From contig CAWKOH010000012.1 of NCBI GenBank assembly GCA_963851245.1, positions 103,322 to 167,321 of the forward strand: a stretch of DNA of 64,000 nucleotides, read 5' to 3'. Position numbers and translations under genes: made by a program. This document shows, in pieces, positions 17,575 through 27,318 of the stretch; within the stretch, counting starts at the first letter, position 1; each line of letters starts with the position of its first letter. Origin of the DNA: an uncultured Acidimicrobiaceae bacterium. Lineage in GTDB: Bacteria; Actinomycetota; Acidimicrobiia; Acidimicrobiales; Palsa-688. The notes beneath the pieces were generated by a model. The model saw nothing but the letters and a program-made list of their open reading frames with translations, ran no database searches and was not told where the DNA came from.

Positions 17575-19644
17575 GTGAACGCCGCCTACGTCATAGTCGC
17601 GCTCCCCCTGGCCGGTGCCCTGATCCTGCTCTTCGGCGGCCGCCGCGTCGGCGATCCGCTGTCGGGCTGGCTGGCCACCCTGGCGGCCGCCGGGTCGTTC
17701 GTGGCGACCGTCGTCGTATGGGCGACGCTGCTCGGGCGTAGCAGTGCTGACCGCACGGTCGACAAACAGATCTTCACGTGGATACCCGTCGGCGACCTGC
17801 ACGTCACGTTCGGCTTGCAGCTGGACCCGCTCTCCATAGCGATGGCCCTGTTCGTGACCGGGGTCGGGAGTCTTATCCACCTGTACTCGATCGGGTACAT
17901 GAAGGGCGATCCGAGCTACCCCAGGTTCTTCTTCCTCCTCAACCTGTTCCTGTTCTCGATGATCGTGCTGGTTCTGGCCGACAACTATCTGTTCAGTTTC
18001 GTCGGGTGGGAAGGCGTCGGGTTCTGCTCCTATGGCCTGGTCGGCTTCTGGTTCGATCGCGACACCGCCGCGGTGGCAGCCAAGAAGGCGTTCGTGACCA
18101 ACCGGGTCGGCGACTTCGGTTTCATGATCGCCCTGTTCCTGCTGTTCGGCCACTTCGGATCGTTCAACTATTCCGTTGTCCTGGCTCCGCTCGCGGCTGG
18201 TCACGCCACGCTCGCAGGCTCGACCGCGACCGCCATCGGCCTGATGCTTTTCCTCGGCGCAGTTGGCAAGTCGGCCCAGATCCCGCTCTACATGTGGCTG
18301 CCCGACGCCATGGAAGGTCCCACTCCGGTGTCGGCCCTGATCCACGCCGCCACCATGGTCACCGCCGGCGTATACCTGGTGGCCCGGAGCGCGCCGATTC
18401 TCCACTTCAGCCACTCCGTGCTGTGGGTCATCGCCATAATCGGCGCCGCTACCCTGTTCCTCTCCGCCACCATCGCCTGCGCCCAGGACGACATCAAACG
18501 GGTGCTCGCCTACTCGACCATCTCGCAGCTGGGGTACATGTTCCTGGGCGAGGGTGCCGGCGACTACACCGCCGGCATCTACCACATGATCATGCACGCC
18601 TTCTTCAAGGCGCTGCTCTTCCTGGCGGCCGGCTCTGTGATCCACGCCCTGCACAACGAGCAGAACATGAAGAAGATGGGCGGGCTGCGCAAGTACCTAC
18701 CCATCACCTATCCGACCTTCATAATCGGCTACCTGGCCCTGGCCGGCATACCGCCCTTCGACGGCTTTTGGTCCAAGGAGGACATCCTGGATGCCGCCTG
18801 GCACATGAGCCCGGCCCTGTGGGCGGTCGGCGCCATCACCGCCGGCCTGACCGCCTATTACATGAGCCGCCAGGTGGCGCTCGTCTTTCTGGGTCAGGCC
18901 CGCTGGCAGGAGGCCCGTCCGGGCGATCACGGCGCCGAGGTTCACGAGCAATATGTCGGGCCGGGTTCTGGGGCCCACACCGAGTATGCCGCGGGTACCT
19001 CGGATCTGGGCGAAGAGTACGGCGGCGGTGCTCAGTCCGGCGTCGAGGCGCACCCGCCCATGGAGGTCAATGTGGGGGCGGCCCATGGCGAGGGCCACGC
19101 GGGCGGCGATCCCCACGAATCGCCCTCGGTCATGACCGTGCCCCTCATAATCCTGGCCATCGCCTCCACCATCGGATGGCTCATCAACGCCCCCTTCGGG
19201 GGCCTCGACTTCCTCACCAAGTGGCTGGCCCCGGTCTTCCCGTCGACCATCGCCCCGCCCATCAACGTGGCCACCAGCACCAAATGGATCCTCGGTATCG
19301 CGGTGACCGCTCTTTGTTTCCTCGGCCTGGGCCTCGGGTTGGCAGCCTGGCGCAAGGTCGAACGACCCGAGCTCGAGCCGGCGTTCCTCGTGCACGGCTG
19401 GTACATCGACGAGGGAGTATCCGCGGCGGTATCTGGGCCTCTGGCCCGGATGGCGAACGCCTTCAGCTTTGTGATCGATGCCAAGATCGTCGACGGGGCC
19501 GTGAACGGAGTGGCCCGCCTCACCACCGAGACCGGAAGACAGCTGCGCCGCGTCCAGACCGGCTACGTGCGGAACTACGCCCTCGGGATCGGGATCGGCG
19601 CCGCGGTGATCCTGGCCTTCGTCGCTATGAGGGTGGGAGGCTGA
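17575..19644 (+). CDS. nuoL: NADH-quinone oxidoreductase subunit L
   Basis: 689 aa with GWEGVGFCSYGLVGFW, KSAQIPLYMWLPDAMEGPTPVSALIHAATMVTAG and HAFFKALLFL. Confidence 0.95.
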   Translation: MNAAYVIVALPLAGALILLFGGRRVGDPLSGWLATLAAAGSFVATVVVWATLLGRSSADRTVDKQIFTWIPVGDLHVTFGLQLDPLSIAMALFVTGVGSLIHLYSIGYMKGDPSYPRFFFLLNLFLFSMIVLVLADNYLFSFVGWEGVGFCSYGLVGFWFDRDTAAVAAKKAFVTNRVGDFGFMIALFLLFGHFGSFNYSVVLAPLAAGHATLAGSTATAIGLMLFLGAVGKSAQIPLYMWLPDAMEGPTPVSALIHAATMVTAGVYLVARSAPILHFSHSVLWVIAIIGAATLFLSATIACAQDDIKRVLAYSTISQLGYMFLGEGAGDYTAGIYHMIMHAFFKALLFLAAGSVIHALHNEQNMKKMGGLRKYLPITYPTFIIGYLALAGIPPFDGFWSKEDILDAAWHMSPALWAVGAITAGLTAYYMSRQVALVFLGQARWQEARPGDHGAEVHEQYVGPGSGAHTEYAAGTSDLGEEYGGGAQSGVEAHPPMEVNVGAAHGEGHAGGDPHESPSVMTVPLIILAIASTIGWLINAPFGGLDFLTKWLAPVFPSTIAPPINVATSTKWILGIAVTALCFLGLGLGLAAWRKVERPELEPAFLVHGWYIDEGVSAAVSGPLARMANAFSFVIDAKIVDGAVNGVARLTTETGRQLRRVQTGYVRNYALGIGIGAAVILAFVAMRVGG

Positions 19645-19645
19645 G

Positions 19646-21289
19646 ATGAAGTCGGCCGGCTTTCCCCTCCTCACCTTCATCGTTCTGCTGCCGGTGGTAG
19701 CCGCGGCCGTCGTCGCCCTCATTCCGGCGACCAGCGAGGCCAAGCTGGTGAAGCTGGTGGCGCTGATCGCGACCCTGGCGGAGCTGGGCCTGGTGGTCTA
19801 CCTCGTCGTGGACTTCCCATCGGGTCAGGCCGGCTTCCAGTTCATAAGCCAGCATTCCTGGATCGGGCAGTTCGGCATCTCCTGGAAGCTCGGGGTGGAT
19901 GGCATCTCCCTGTTCCTGGTGGGCATGACTGCCGTTCTTTTCCCGATCGCCATGTTCGGGCCCACTCTGAACGGCAGCATCAAGCCGTTTATGGGGTGGA
20001 TGCTGCTGCTCGAAGCGGCCTGCATGGGCACGTTCCTGTCGTTGGACCTCTTCCTCTTCTTCGTGATGTTCGAAATCACGCTGGTCCCCGGGTACTTCAT
20101 CGTGGCCGGCTACGGAGGACCGAAGCGCAACTACGCAGCGATGAAGTTCTTCATCTACACCTTCGCCGGATCGGCCTTCCTTTTCGTCGCCATCCTGTCG
20201 CTGGTGTTCCTGACCGCGCCTGCCAACAAGGGCCACGAGACTTTCGATCTGATCACACTGGCCCGCCTGGCCAACGGGCTTCCCCACGCCGACCAGGTGC
20301 TCATCTTCTGCGGGTTCGCGATCGCGTTCGCCGTGAAGATCCCCCTGGTGCCGTTCCACAGCTGGCTGCCCGACACCTACACCGAAGCTCCGACAGCGGG
20401 ATCCATGGTGCTGGCCGGGATCCTGTTCAAGCTGGGCGCTTACGGTCTTTTGCGCCTCGGCCTCTACCTCTTGCCGCGGGGGGCGGCGGACATGGCCCCG
20501 GTTCTTCTCACCCTGGCCGCTCTGGGAATCGTCTACGGGGCTCTGGTCACCATCATGCAGAGGGACCTGAAGAGGCTGGTGGCGTATGCATCGATCGTCG
20601 ACGTGGCGTTCATCGTCCTCGGGTTCTTCGCCTTCAGTGCTCAGGGCGTGTCCGGCGGAGTCCTCGAGATGGTCAACCATGCCCTGACCACCGGCGCCAT
20701 CTTCTTCCTGGTGGGAGTGATCTGGGAGCGCCGCGGGACTCTGAGGTTCGCCGACCTGGGCGGTTTGCAGAAGCCCGCCCCCATCCTGGCCGCCATCTTC
20801 CTCGCTGTGATCCTGAGCGCGGTCGGCCTGCCCGGGCTGAACGGATTCGTCGGCGAGTTCCTCGTTCTGGTCGGCACCTTCATAACCCATCGCTGGTGGG
20901 CGGTGGTGGGGACGACGGCCGTGGTGAGCGGAGCCATCTATCTCTTCTGGGCCTACCAGAGGGTGTTCCAAGGCCGGACCAGCGAGGTCAACGACAAGGT
21001 TCGGGACATCACCTGGCGGGAGATCGGGATGGTGGCGCCGTTGCTGGCCGGCATCGTCTTCCTCGGCGTGTATCCGAAACCCTTCTTCGATCGGGTGAAC
21101 CCGTCGGTCGAGTACCTGCTGGGGCATGTGCAACAGGCGGCCCCGAACGCCGGGGTGCCATCGCAAGGGCCGTCGGCTATCAAGTACACCGTCCCCGCCG
21201 ATCAGAACGTGGACGTTCCCGCCCCGACGGCCAGTGGTAGCTCGGGCTCTTCGACCTCCGCCCAGCAGGCGTCGGGGGGAAGCAAATGA
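19646..21289 (+). CDS. nuoM: NADH-quinone oxidoreductase subunit M
   Basis: 547 aa with FEITLVPGYFIV, VKIPLVPFHSWLPDTYTEAPTAGSMVLAGILFKLG and a Ser/Gly-rich tail. Confidence 0.95.
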   Translation: MKSAGFPLLTFIVLLPVVAAAVVALIPATSEAKLVKLVALIATLAELGLVVYLVVDFPSGQAGFQFISQHSWIGQFGISWKLGVDGISLFLVGMTAVLFPIAMFGPTLNGSIKPFMGWMLLLEAACMGTFLSLDLFLFFVMFEITLVPGYFIVAGYGGPKRNYAAMKFFIYTFAGSAFLFVAILSLVFLTAPANKGHETFDLITLARLANGLPHADQVLIFCGFAIAFAVKIPLVPFHSWLPDTYTEAPTAGSMVLAGILFKLGAYGLLRLGLYLLPRGAADMAPVLLTLAALGIVYGALVTIMQRDLKRLVAYASIVDVAFIVLGFFAFSAQGVSGGVLEMVNHALTTGAIFFLVGVIWERRGTLRFADLGGLQKPAPILAAIFLAVILSAVGLPGLNGFVGEFLVLVGTFITHRWWAVVGTTAVVSGAIYLFWAYQRVFQGRTSEVNDKVRDITWREIGMVAPLLAGIVFLGVYPKPFFDRVNPSVEYLLGHVQQAAPNAGVPSQGPSAIKYTVPADQNVDVPAPTASGSSGSSTSAQQASGGSK

Positions 21290-23055
21290 TCGGCCTGATA
21301 TCCGACGCCATCCTCCATGTGACTGGTCAGAGCAGCCCGACGACCACCCTCGCGCCCTGCACCGTTCCCAAGGGGGGCAGCAAGGTAATCGGGGTCTGCA
21401 CCGCGACCAACTCGTTGCACATCTCGGTCTCCTACCGAAGCATCCTGCCCATCCTCGTCCTGGGCGTCGGGGCCCTGGTGCTCCTGGCCGTGTCGGCCGT
21501 CATCCCGAAGCGGTCCAGGCCCGGCTTCTATCCGCTCCTCACCGTGATCATCGGCGGGCTGGCCCTGGCCGCGTCTATCTGGCAGTGGAACGACATCGGC
21601 GACCACGGAGCCGAGCTCACGATCGGCCAGCAGGTCTATTACGACCGGTTCTCGGCTTTCTTCATGGTCCTCTTCTCCGTCGCCACCATCCTGGGGGCCG
21701 TCACCGCCGACAGCTATCTGCGCCGGGAGGGCCTGGACGGGGTCGAGGCCTACGTGCTCATGCTGATGGCGGGCACGGGAGCCATGCTCATGGCGGTGTC
21801 CGCCGGGCTCATCATGCTTTTCCTGGGCCTCGAGATCATGTCCATCTCGCTGTACGTGATGGCGGCCTACCACCGGCGGCGCTCCCAATCCGGTGAAGCC
21901 GGGCTGAAGTACTTCGTGCTGGGCGCCTTCTCATCTGCGATCTTCTTGTACGGGGTGGCGCTCGTGTACGGGGCCACCGGGTCCACCCAGTTCCAGGAGA
22001 TGGCCAGCTTCCTGGCTGCCAACAGCCTCAGCAACAACGGCGTGCTGCTGGCGGGCATGGGACTCTTGATCGTAGGCCTGGGGTTCAAGGTGGCGGCCGT
22101 CCCCTTCCACTTCTGGACACCGGACGTGTATCAGGGATCGCCTACCCCTTTCACCGGGTACATGGCCGCGGTCGCCAAGGCCGCCGGCTTCGCAGGGCTG
22201 CTTCGGGTTCTGAACCAGGGGCTCATCAGCCAGCAGGTCAACTGGCGTCCGGTGATCTGGGTCATGGCGGTGCTGACCCTCCTGGTCGGGTCGGTGCTGG
22301 CCCTGGCCCAGCGCGACCTGAAGCGGATGTTCGCCTACTCCTCGATCAGCCAGGCCGGCTACGTCCTGGTCGGCGTGGAAGCGGCTTCGAACACGGGGAC
22401 GTCGGCGGCTCTGTTCTACCTGTTCACCTACACGTTCATCATCATCGGGACCTTCGCCGTCGTCTCGATCATCCAGGGCCGGGGGGAGGCCCGCACCGAC
22501 CTGGGCGCCATGCGGGGCCTGTCGAGGACCCGGCCCTTGCTGGCGGCGGTCATGCTCGTGTTCCTGCTGGCCCAGGCCGGCGTGCCCTTCACGAGCGGGT
22601 TCCTGGCCAAGTTCTACGTCATCGAGGCGGCGGTGCAAAGGGGCCAGTACTCGCTGGCCATCATCGCCATGCTGGCCGCCGCCGTGGCCGCCTTCTTCTA
22701 TCTCCGGGTGGCGCTGCTCATGTACGGGGCGCCGGCGGGGGCGTCAGGGGTGGCGCCGGCGCCGGCGGGGGTGTCGGGAGTCGGGGTGTCGGGAGTGGGG
22801 GTGTCGCCGGCGCCGGCGGGGGTGTCGCCGGCGGCGTCATCGGTGGAGGAGGATCCCATGATGGCCGGCCTCGAGCCTGTCCCCTCGCTCGATGGCGCCA
22901 CCGCCACCGCCACTCTTCTCGATCCACCCGTCGAGGAGGAGGTCGTGCGGTTGCCGATGGCCCTCGCCTTGGCCATATGCGCCGTCTTCACGATCTTCGC
23001 CGGCGTGTCCTCACCGATAATCGACTTCGCCCGGCACGCCACCACGTTCGTCTGA
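21286..23055 (+). CDS. nuoN: NADH-quinone oxidoreductase subunit N, with an internal low-complexity repeat insertion
   Basis: 589 aa with GLEIMSISLYVM, FKVAAVPFHFWTPDVYQGSPTP and SSISQAGY. ATGA overlap with nuoM. Confidence 0.93.
   Translation: MIGLISDAILHVTGQSSPTTTLAPCTVPKGGSKVIGVCTATNSLHISVSYRSILPILVLGVGALVLLAVSAVIPKRSRPGFYPLLTVIIGGLALAASIWQWNDIGDHGAELTIGQQVYYDRFSAFFMVLFSVATILGAVTADSYLRREGLDGVEAYVLMLMAGTGAMLMAVSAGLIMLFLGLEIMSISLYVMAAYHRRRSQSGEAGLKYFVLGAFSSAIFLYGVALVYGATGSTQFQEMASFLAANSLSNNGVLLAGMGLLIVGLGFKVAAVPFHFWTPDVYQGSPTPFTGYMAAVAKAAGFAGLLRVLNQGLISQQVNWRPVIWVMAVLTLLVGSVLALAQRDLKRMFAYSSISQAGYVLVGVEAASNTGTSAALFYLFTYTFIIIGTFAVVSIIQGRGEARTDLGAMRGLSRTRPLLAAVMLVFLLAQAGVPFTSGFLAKFYVIEAAVQRGQYSLAIIAMLAAAVAAFFYLRVALLMYGAPAGASGVAPAPAGVSGVGVSGVGVSPAPAGVSPAASSVEEDPMMAGLEPVPSLDGATATATLLDPPVEEEVVRLPMALALAICAVFTIFAGVSSPIIDFARHATTFV
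22729..22835 (+). repeat. Short GC-rich direct repeats inside nuoN, encoding APAGxSGV / GVSGV low-complexity sequence
   Basis: The 17-mer GCGCCGGCGGGGG(C/T)GTC occurs at 22729, 22759 and 22810. GGGGTGTCG recurs with a 15-nt period from ~22767. Confidence 0.8.
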
Positions 23056-23175
23056 CGGGAGGGCTGCTCGTAGGGCCGGGCTCGCGGGGTGCGGCTTTCG
23101 GGATGCTCCCGTGGAGCAACGGTTCAGGTCGTTCGGCGGCACCGAGCCTTACCGGCGGAACCCGGCGGCGATCTT

Positions 23176-23217
23176 TGTGCTGACTACTTCACCATATATG
23201 GTGTACTACTCAGCACA
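23176..23217. repeat. 42-bp near-perfect palindrome (18/21 arm matches) centred on CACCATATATGGTG
   Basis: The left arm tgtgctgactacttcaccata pairs with the right arm tatggtgtactactcagcaca. It lies 120 nt after nuoN and ~85 nt before yccF, in an AT-rich island. Confidence 0.85.
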
Positions 23218-23302
23218 ATGATCTAATCTCATCATTCGTCAGCGTCTCCCGGGTGCCCGACCTCTGCACGCCACCAGCGGGGTAGGCCGCTACCTTGGAG
23301 CA

Positions 23303-23824
23303 ATGAGCGTGGCGCCGGAGGACCCGGACTGGTGGCTGGCGTCGGACGGCCGCTGGTACCCGCCACCTCACCCTGGTTATGCGGGGATCCAGCAAACCGC
23401 GCCGGCGCCCCCAGACGGGATCAGCCTGGTTCTGAACATCATCTGGGTGATCTTCGCCGGCTTCTGGCTGGCCCTTCTGTACCTGATCGTGGGCGTGGTC
23501 CTGTGCCTGCTCATCCTCACCATCCCCTTCGGCATCCAGTGTTTCAAGCTGGCCGGGTTCGCCCTGTGGCCGTTCGGGCGAGCGGTGGTGTACAAGCCTG
23601 ATGGCGAGAGCGGCTGGAACATTGTCGGCAACGTCATCTGGATCGTGGTGGCCGGCTTCTGGATGGCGCTGGCTCACCTGATCACCGGCATTGCCTTGTG
23701 CTTGACCATCATCGGCATACCCCTCGGCCTGGGCAACTTCAAGCTGATTCCGATGATCCTCTTCCCCTTCGGCAAGGAAGTGGTGAGGCGCGACCTGGCC
23801 TACGGACCCGCCGTGGTGTTCTAG
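23303..23824 (+). CDS. yccF: YccF domain-containing inner membrane protein (two YccF/DUF307 repeats)
   Basis: Duplicated motif: NIIWVIFAGFWLAL...LTIPFGIQCFKLA and NVIWIVVAGFWMALAH...IIGIPLGLGNFKL. Confidence 0.85.
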   Translation: MSVAPEDPDWWLASDGRWYPPPHPGYAGIQQTAPAPPDGISLVLNIIWVIFAGFWLALLYLIVGVVLCLLILTIPFGIQCFKLAGFALWPFGRAVVYKPDGESGWNIVGNVIWIVVAGFWMALAHLITGIALCLTIIGIPLGLGNFKLIPMILFPFGKEVVRRDLAYGPAVVF

Positions 23825-23915
23825 TAGATAAGCCCGAGGCCGGGCGCTGGGTTGCGAGCGTTCTCCTAGAGTTGGTTCATCGTTAGGCGAGCGGGGGTGG
23901 GTGGAGCGTGATGCC

Positions 23916-24494
23916 ATGAGCACGGTGGCCGGTTTGACGGCCGAGGACACCACCCGTCTGAGCCACCTCGTGGATGCCTATGCCGACGCCGTCGACCGCC
24001 GGGACGCGACGGCCTTGGTCGGATTGTTTACGCCTGACGGCCGGGTTCGGGTCCAGGCCGAGGACGGCCCGGTCCAGTCCTCGTACGAGGGCACCGCCGT
24101 AGCGGACCTTTTGGGCAGCGTTGCTGGCTACGACCGAACCTTTCACCACGTCGGGGGCCGCGTCTTCGCCGCGGCCCCCGAGGATGGCGGCGTCCGGGCC
24201 ACCGGGCGGGTCCACTGCCTGGCGCATCACTACCAGCGCACGAGCAATGGGCCCGTGGACCTGGTGATGATGATCCGCTATCTAGACGGCTACGACCGCA
24301 CGGCCGCCGGGAACTGGCTGATCGCCGACCGTCAGGTCGTGGTTGACTGGACCGAACTGCACCCGGCCCACCCGCTCCGGCGTCCGCGCCCCGGAGCTCC
24401 CCATGACGCCGGCCCGACCCATCGCCTTCGTCACCGGCGCCAGCCGCGGCATCGGAGCGGCGTGCGCGGTCGCACTGGCCGAGCATGGCCATGA
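23916..24494 (+). CDS. SnoaL-like / NTF2-fold family protein (3' end uncertain)
   Basis: LSHLVDAYADAVDRRDATALVGLFTPDG ... W at the C-terminus is typical of SnoaL_4. As written, the ORF runs 92 nt into the SDR gene with an Arg/Pro-rich tail. Confidence 0.6.
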   Translation: MSTVAGLTAEDTTRLSHLVDAYADAVDRRDATALVGLFTPDGRVRVQAEDGPVQSSYEGTAVADLLGSVAGYDRTFHHVGGRVFAAAPEDGGVRATGRVHCLAHHYQRTSNGPVDLVMMIRYLDGYDRTAAGNWLIADRQVVVDWTELHPAHPLRRPRPGAPHDAGPTHRLRHRRQPRHRSGVRGRTGRAWP

Positions 24495-25242
24495 TGTGGC
24501 GTTGGCGGCCCGGACGCTCGAAGAGGGCACCGGCGTGCTGGAAGGGGATCTGCAGGGCCGCCGCCACGACGCCCCGATCGCCGGCAGCCTCGAGGTCACC
24601 AGGGCCCGGGTCGAATCGTGCGGCGCCCGGGCGCTGTCAGTGCGAATGGACGTAACAGATCGATCGTCGGTCGAAGCTGCGGTGACCAGCGTGCTCGAGG
24701 CCTGGGGTCAGATCGATGTGGTGATCAACGTGGCCCACTACAGGGGGTCGGGCTATGACAGTGGACTGATGGTCACCCCCCTAGAGGTGATCGAGCGCAC
24801 TCTGGAAGGCGACATCATCGCTCCTTTGGTAATCCTGAAGATGGTTGTCCCCGGCATGCTCGAGCGTGGTGCCGGCACCATCGTCAACATGTCGTCGTAC
24901 GTAGCGGCCATGAACCCCCCGGGGCCGCCCGGTGAAGGTGGGTGGGGCCTGGCTTATGCAGTGGGCAAAGGCGGCTTCGACCGCATCGCCGGAGTGGTCG
25001 CAGCCGAGTTCGGCAGCCGTGGCATCCTCGTCTACAACGTGGAGCCAGGCCTCACTGCCTACGGCGAACGGCTCGAGATTCAGCGGAAGGACTATCCCTG
25101 GGCGGCCATAAACCCGCCCGAAGCCATCGGGGCGGCAGTGGCCTGGCTGGTCACCCATCCCGCGGAAGCGGAACCGCTGCGCTCGAAACGCATCCACCTG
25201 CCGAAGGTGGCCAAGAACATCGGCGCCGGCGGGGTCGTCTAG
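24403..25242 (+). CDS. SDR family oxidoreductase
   Basis: Contains IAFVTGASRGIGAA (TGxxxGxG), NMSS and YAVGK (YxxxK). Confidence 0.88.
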   Translation: MTPARPIAFVTGASRGIGAACAVALAEHGHDVALAARTLEEGTGVLEGDLQGRRHDAPIAGSLEVTRARVESCGARALSVRMDVTDRSSVEAAVTSVLEAWGQIDVVINVAHYRGSGYDSGLMVTPLEVIERTLEGDIIAPLVILKMVVPGMLERGAGTIVNMSSYVAAMNPPGPPGEGGWGLAYAVGKGGFDRIAGVVAAEFGSRGILVYNVEPGLTAYGERLEIQRKDYPWAAINPPEAIGAAVAWLVTHPAEAEPLRSKRIHLPKVAKNIGAGGVV

Positions 25243-25294
25243 GTCCCCCCGGCTCTCACCCACCGCGGCGGCCACCGCGGCCATGATGTGAGGC

Positions 25295-26476
25295 GTGACC
25301 GCGGGCCCCCCGACCGCCGTTCCGAGTCGGGTCAGTCTGGCCACCATCGCCCGGGAGTGGGGGCGGATCGGGTGCATCGGATTCGGGGGTCCTCCGGCGC
25401 ACATCGCGCTGCTGCGCAAGTTGTGTGTGACGGGGCGAGGCTGGTTGCCGGCGCGACAGTTCGAGGACGGGATCGCCGTCACGGCCTTGCTGCCCGGTCC
25501 GGCCTCGACGCAGCTCGCCATCTATTGCGCCTGGTGCCTGCGCGGAGTCGCGGGGGCGTTGATCGGTGGATTTTGCTTCATTGTCCCCGGCCTGATCGTC
25601 ATTCTGGCCCTGTCCGGGGTGTTCCTATCGGACCATCCGCCGACCTGGATAACCGGGGCGGCGGACGGCGCCGGCGCGGTCGTGCCCATCGTGGCCGCCG
25701 CCGCCGCGCTTGGCCTGCTTCCGGCCAGCTGGGCCCGGGTTCGCGACCGGGCGGCTGCGCGCGTCCGGTGGGTCGCCTATGTCGGGGCCGGGTTCGCCTC
25801 CGCCGCGCTCATCGGCCCGTGGCTGGCTCTCGTCATCTTCGGCTGCGGAACGGCCGAAGCGTTGAGCGGATCGCGGTTGCGCCCAGATCGGGGCCGGGTC
25901 GGACTCATCCTCCCGCTGCTGGCCGCCCCGAGCGTCTCGGTAGGAGGCCTGGGCGCAGTGGCCTGGGTGGCGACCAAAGTGGGCCTCTTGTCGTACGGAG
26001 GTGGCTTCGTGATCGTGCCTTTAATGCAGCGCGACGCGGTGCACACATACCACTGGATGACAGGCGCCCAGTTCCTGACGGCTGTGGCCCTCGGCCAGTT
26101 GACACCGGGACCGGTCGTGCAGACCGTGGCCGTCGTCGGATATGCCGCCGCCGGAGTCGGAGGGGGGGTCTTGGCCTCCTTCGTCGCCTTCCTCCCCTCA
26201 TTCGTCTTCGTCCTGGCGGGCGGTCCGCACTTCGACCGCCTGCGGTCCAATGAGGTGGCTCAGACCTTCCTAACCGGGGCCGGTGCCGCCGCCATCGGAG
26301 CGATCGCCGGTTCGTCGATCCCGCTCGGTCTGGTTCTCTCTCACTTGTGGCAGGTGGCGGTGCTGGTTGCGGCCGCGGTGTGGCTCCTGGTGCTGCGCAA
26401 AGGGGTGGTCGTCTCCCTGGTGGGCGGAGCCTTGGCGGGCGTGTTGGCGGCCGCACTTTCGGCGCCTCTGGGATGA
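25295..26476 (+). CDS. chrA: Chromate transporter (CHR family, two-domain ChrA)
   Basis: Contains IGCIGFGGPPAHIALL...LPGPASTQLAIY and a second-half repeat (SYGGGFVIVPLM...GQLTPGPVVQTVA). Confidence 0.88.
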   Translation: MTAGPPTAVPSRVSLATIAREWGRIGCIGFGGPPAHIALLRKLCVTGRGWLPARQFEDGIAVTALLPGPASTQLAIYCAWCLRGVAGALIGGFCFIVPGLIVILALSGVFLSDHPPTWITGAADGAGAVVPIVAAAAALGLLPASWARVRDRAAARVRWVAYVGAGFASAALIGPWLALVIFGCGTAEALSGSRLRPDRGRVGLILPLLAAPSVSVGGLGAVAWVATKVGLLSYGGGFVIVPLMQRDAVHTYHWMTGAQFLTAVALGQLTPGPVVQTVAVVGYAAAGVGGGVLASFVAFLPSFVFVLAGGPHFDRLRSNEVAQTFLTGAGAAAIGAIAGSSIPLGLVLSHLWQVAVLVAAAVWLLVLRKGVVVSLVGGALAGVLAAALSAPLG

Positions 26477-27309
26477 GATTGCCAAGATGGAGCATGGCCG
26501 ACAAAGGGGACCGCTCATTGCTTGAGGCGGAGCTGCTCCGCTTGCAAGGCGAGCTGGTGAAGATGCAGCAGTGGATCCGGGACAAGGAGCAGCGGCTCAT
26601 CATCGTGTTCGAGGGCCGCGACGCGGCGGGTAAGGGGGGCGCCATCAAGCGCATAGCCGAGTACCTGAACCCTCGTTGGTGCCGGGTGGCAGCGTTACCT
26701 GCCCCATCAGATCGGGAGAGTACGCAGTGGTACTTTCAGCGCTACATTGCCCACCTCCCCGCGGGCGGCGAGATAGTCCTGTTCGACCGGAGCTGGTACA
26801 ACCGGGCCGGCGTCGAGCGCGTCATGGGCTTCTGCACCGAGGACCAGCTTCAGCAGTTCTTCCGTCAGTGTCCGGCCTTCGAGCGAATGCTCATCGACGA
26901 TGGCATCATTTTGGTCAAGTACTGGTTCTCGGTCAGCGACGAGGAGCAGGAGCGGCGGTTTCAGGCCCGACTGGGCGACCCCCTGAAGCGGTGGAAGCTC
27001 AGCTCCATGGACCTCGAAGGACGGTCCCGATGGGTCGAGTACTCCAAAGCCAAAGACGACATGTTCGCTCACTGTGACACGCCCGACTCGCCCTGGTGGG
27101 AGGTGGAGGCCGACGACAAGCTCAGAGCCCGGGTCAACTGCATCTCCCACCTGCTGTCAGTCGTTCCGTACCAGGAGAGTCCCTCTCCCAAGGTCCGGCT
27201 GCCGCCCCGTCCCGAGCCTAAGGACTACCGGCGGCCACCTCCGGCGCGGTTCCATCACGTGTCCGATCACGCCGCCGCCATTCTGGCTCGGCCGTCGAAA
27301 TCTCACTAA
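26473..27309 (+). CDS. ppk2: Polyphosphate kinase 2
   Basis: Contains IVFEGRDAAGKGGAIKR, FDRSWYNRAGVERVMGF and the FWFSVS-type motif YWFSVSDEEQERRF. The ATGA start overlaps the chrA stop (alternative ATG at 26494). Confidence 0.9.
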   Translation: MRLPRWSMADKGDRSLLEAELLRLQGELVKMQQWIRDKEQRLIIVFEGRDAAGKGGAIKRIAEYLNPRWCRVAALPAPSDRESTQWYFQRYIAHLPAGGEIVLFDRSWYNRAGVERVMGFCTEDQLQQFFRQCPAFERMLIDDGIILVKYWFSVSDEEQERRFQARLGDPLKRWKLSSMDLEGRSRWVEYSKAKDDMFAHCDTPDSPWWEVEADDKLRARVNCISHLLSVVPYQESPSPKVRLPPRPEPKDYRRPPPARFHHVSDHAAAILARPSKSH

Positions 27310-27318
27310 CTTCGGCTG

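Noticed and set aside
17778-19649. 623-aa plus-strand ORF overlapping nuoL in another frame. Other same-strand alternative-frame ORFs include 19996..21240, 43547..45163 and 37475..38998.
   Set aside because: The translations are extremely Arg/Pro/Gly-rich and the authentic frame carries all the conserved motifs. I treat them as frame artefacts.
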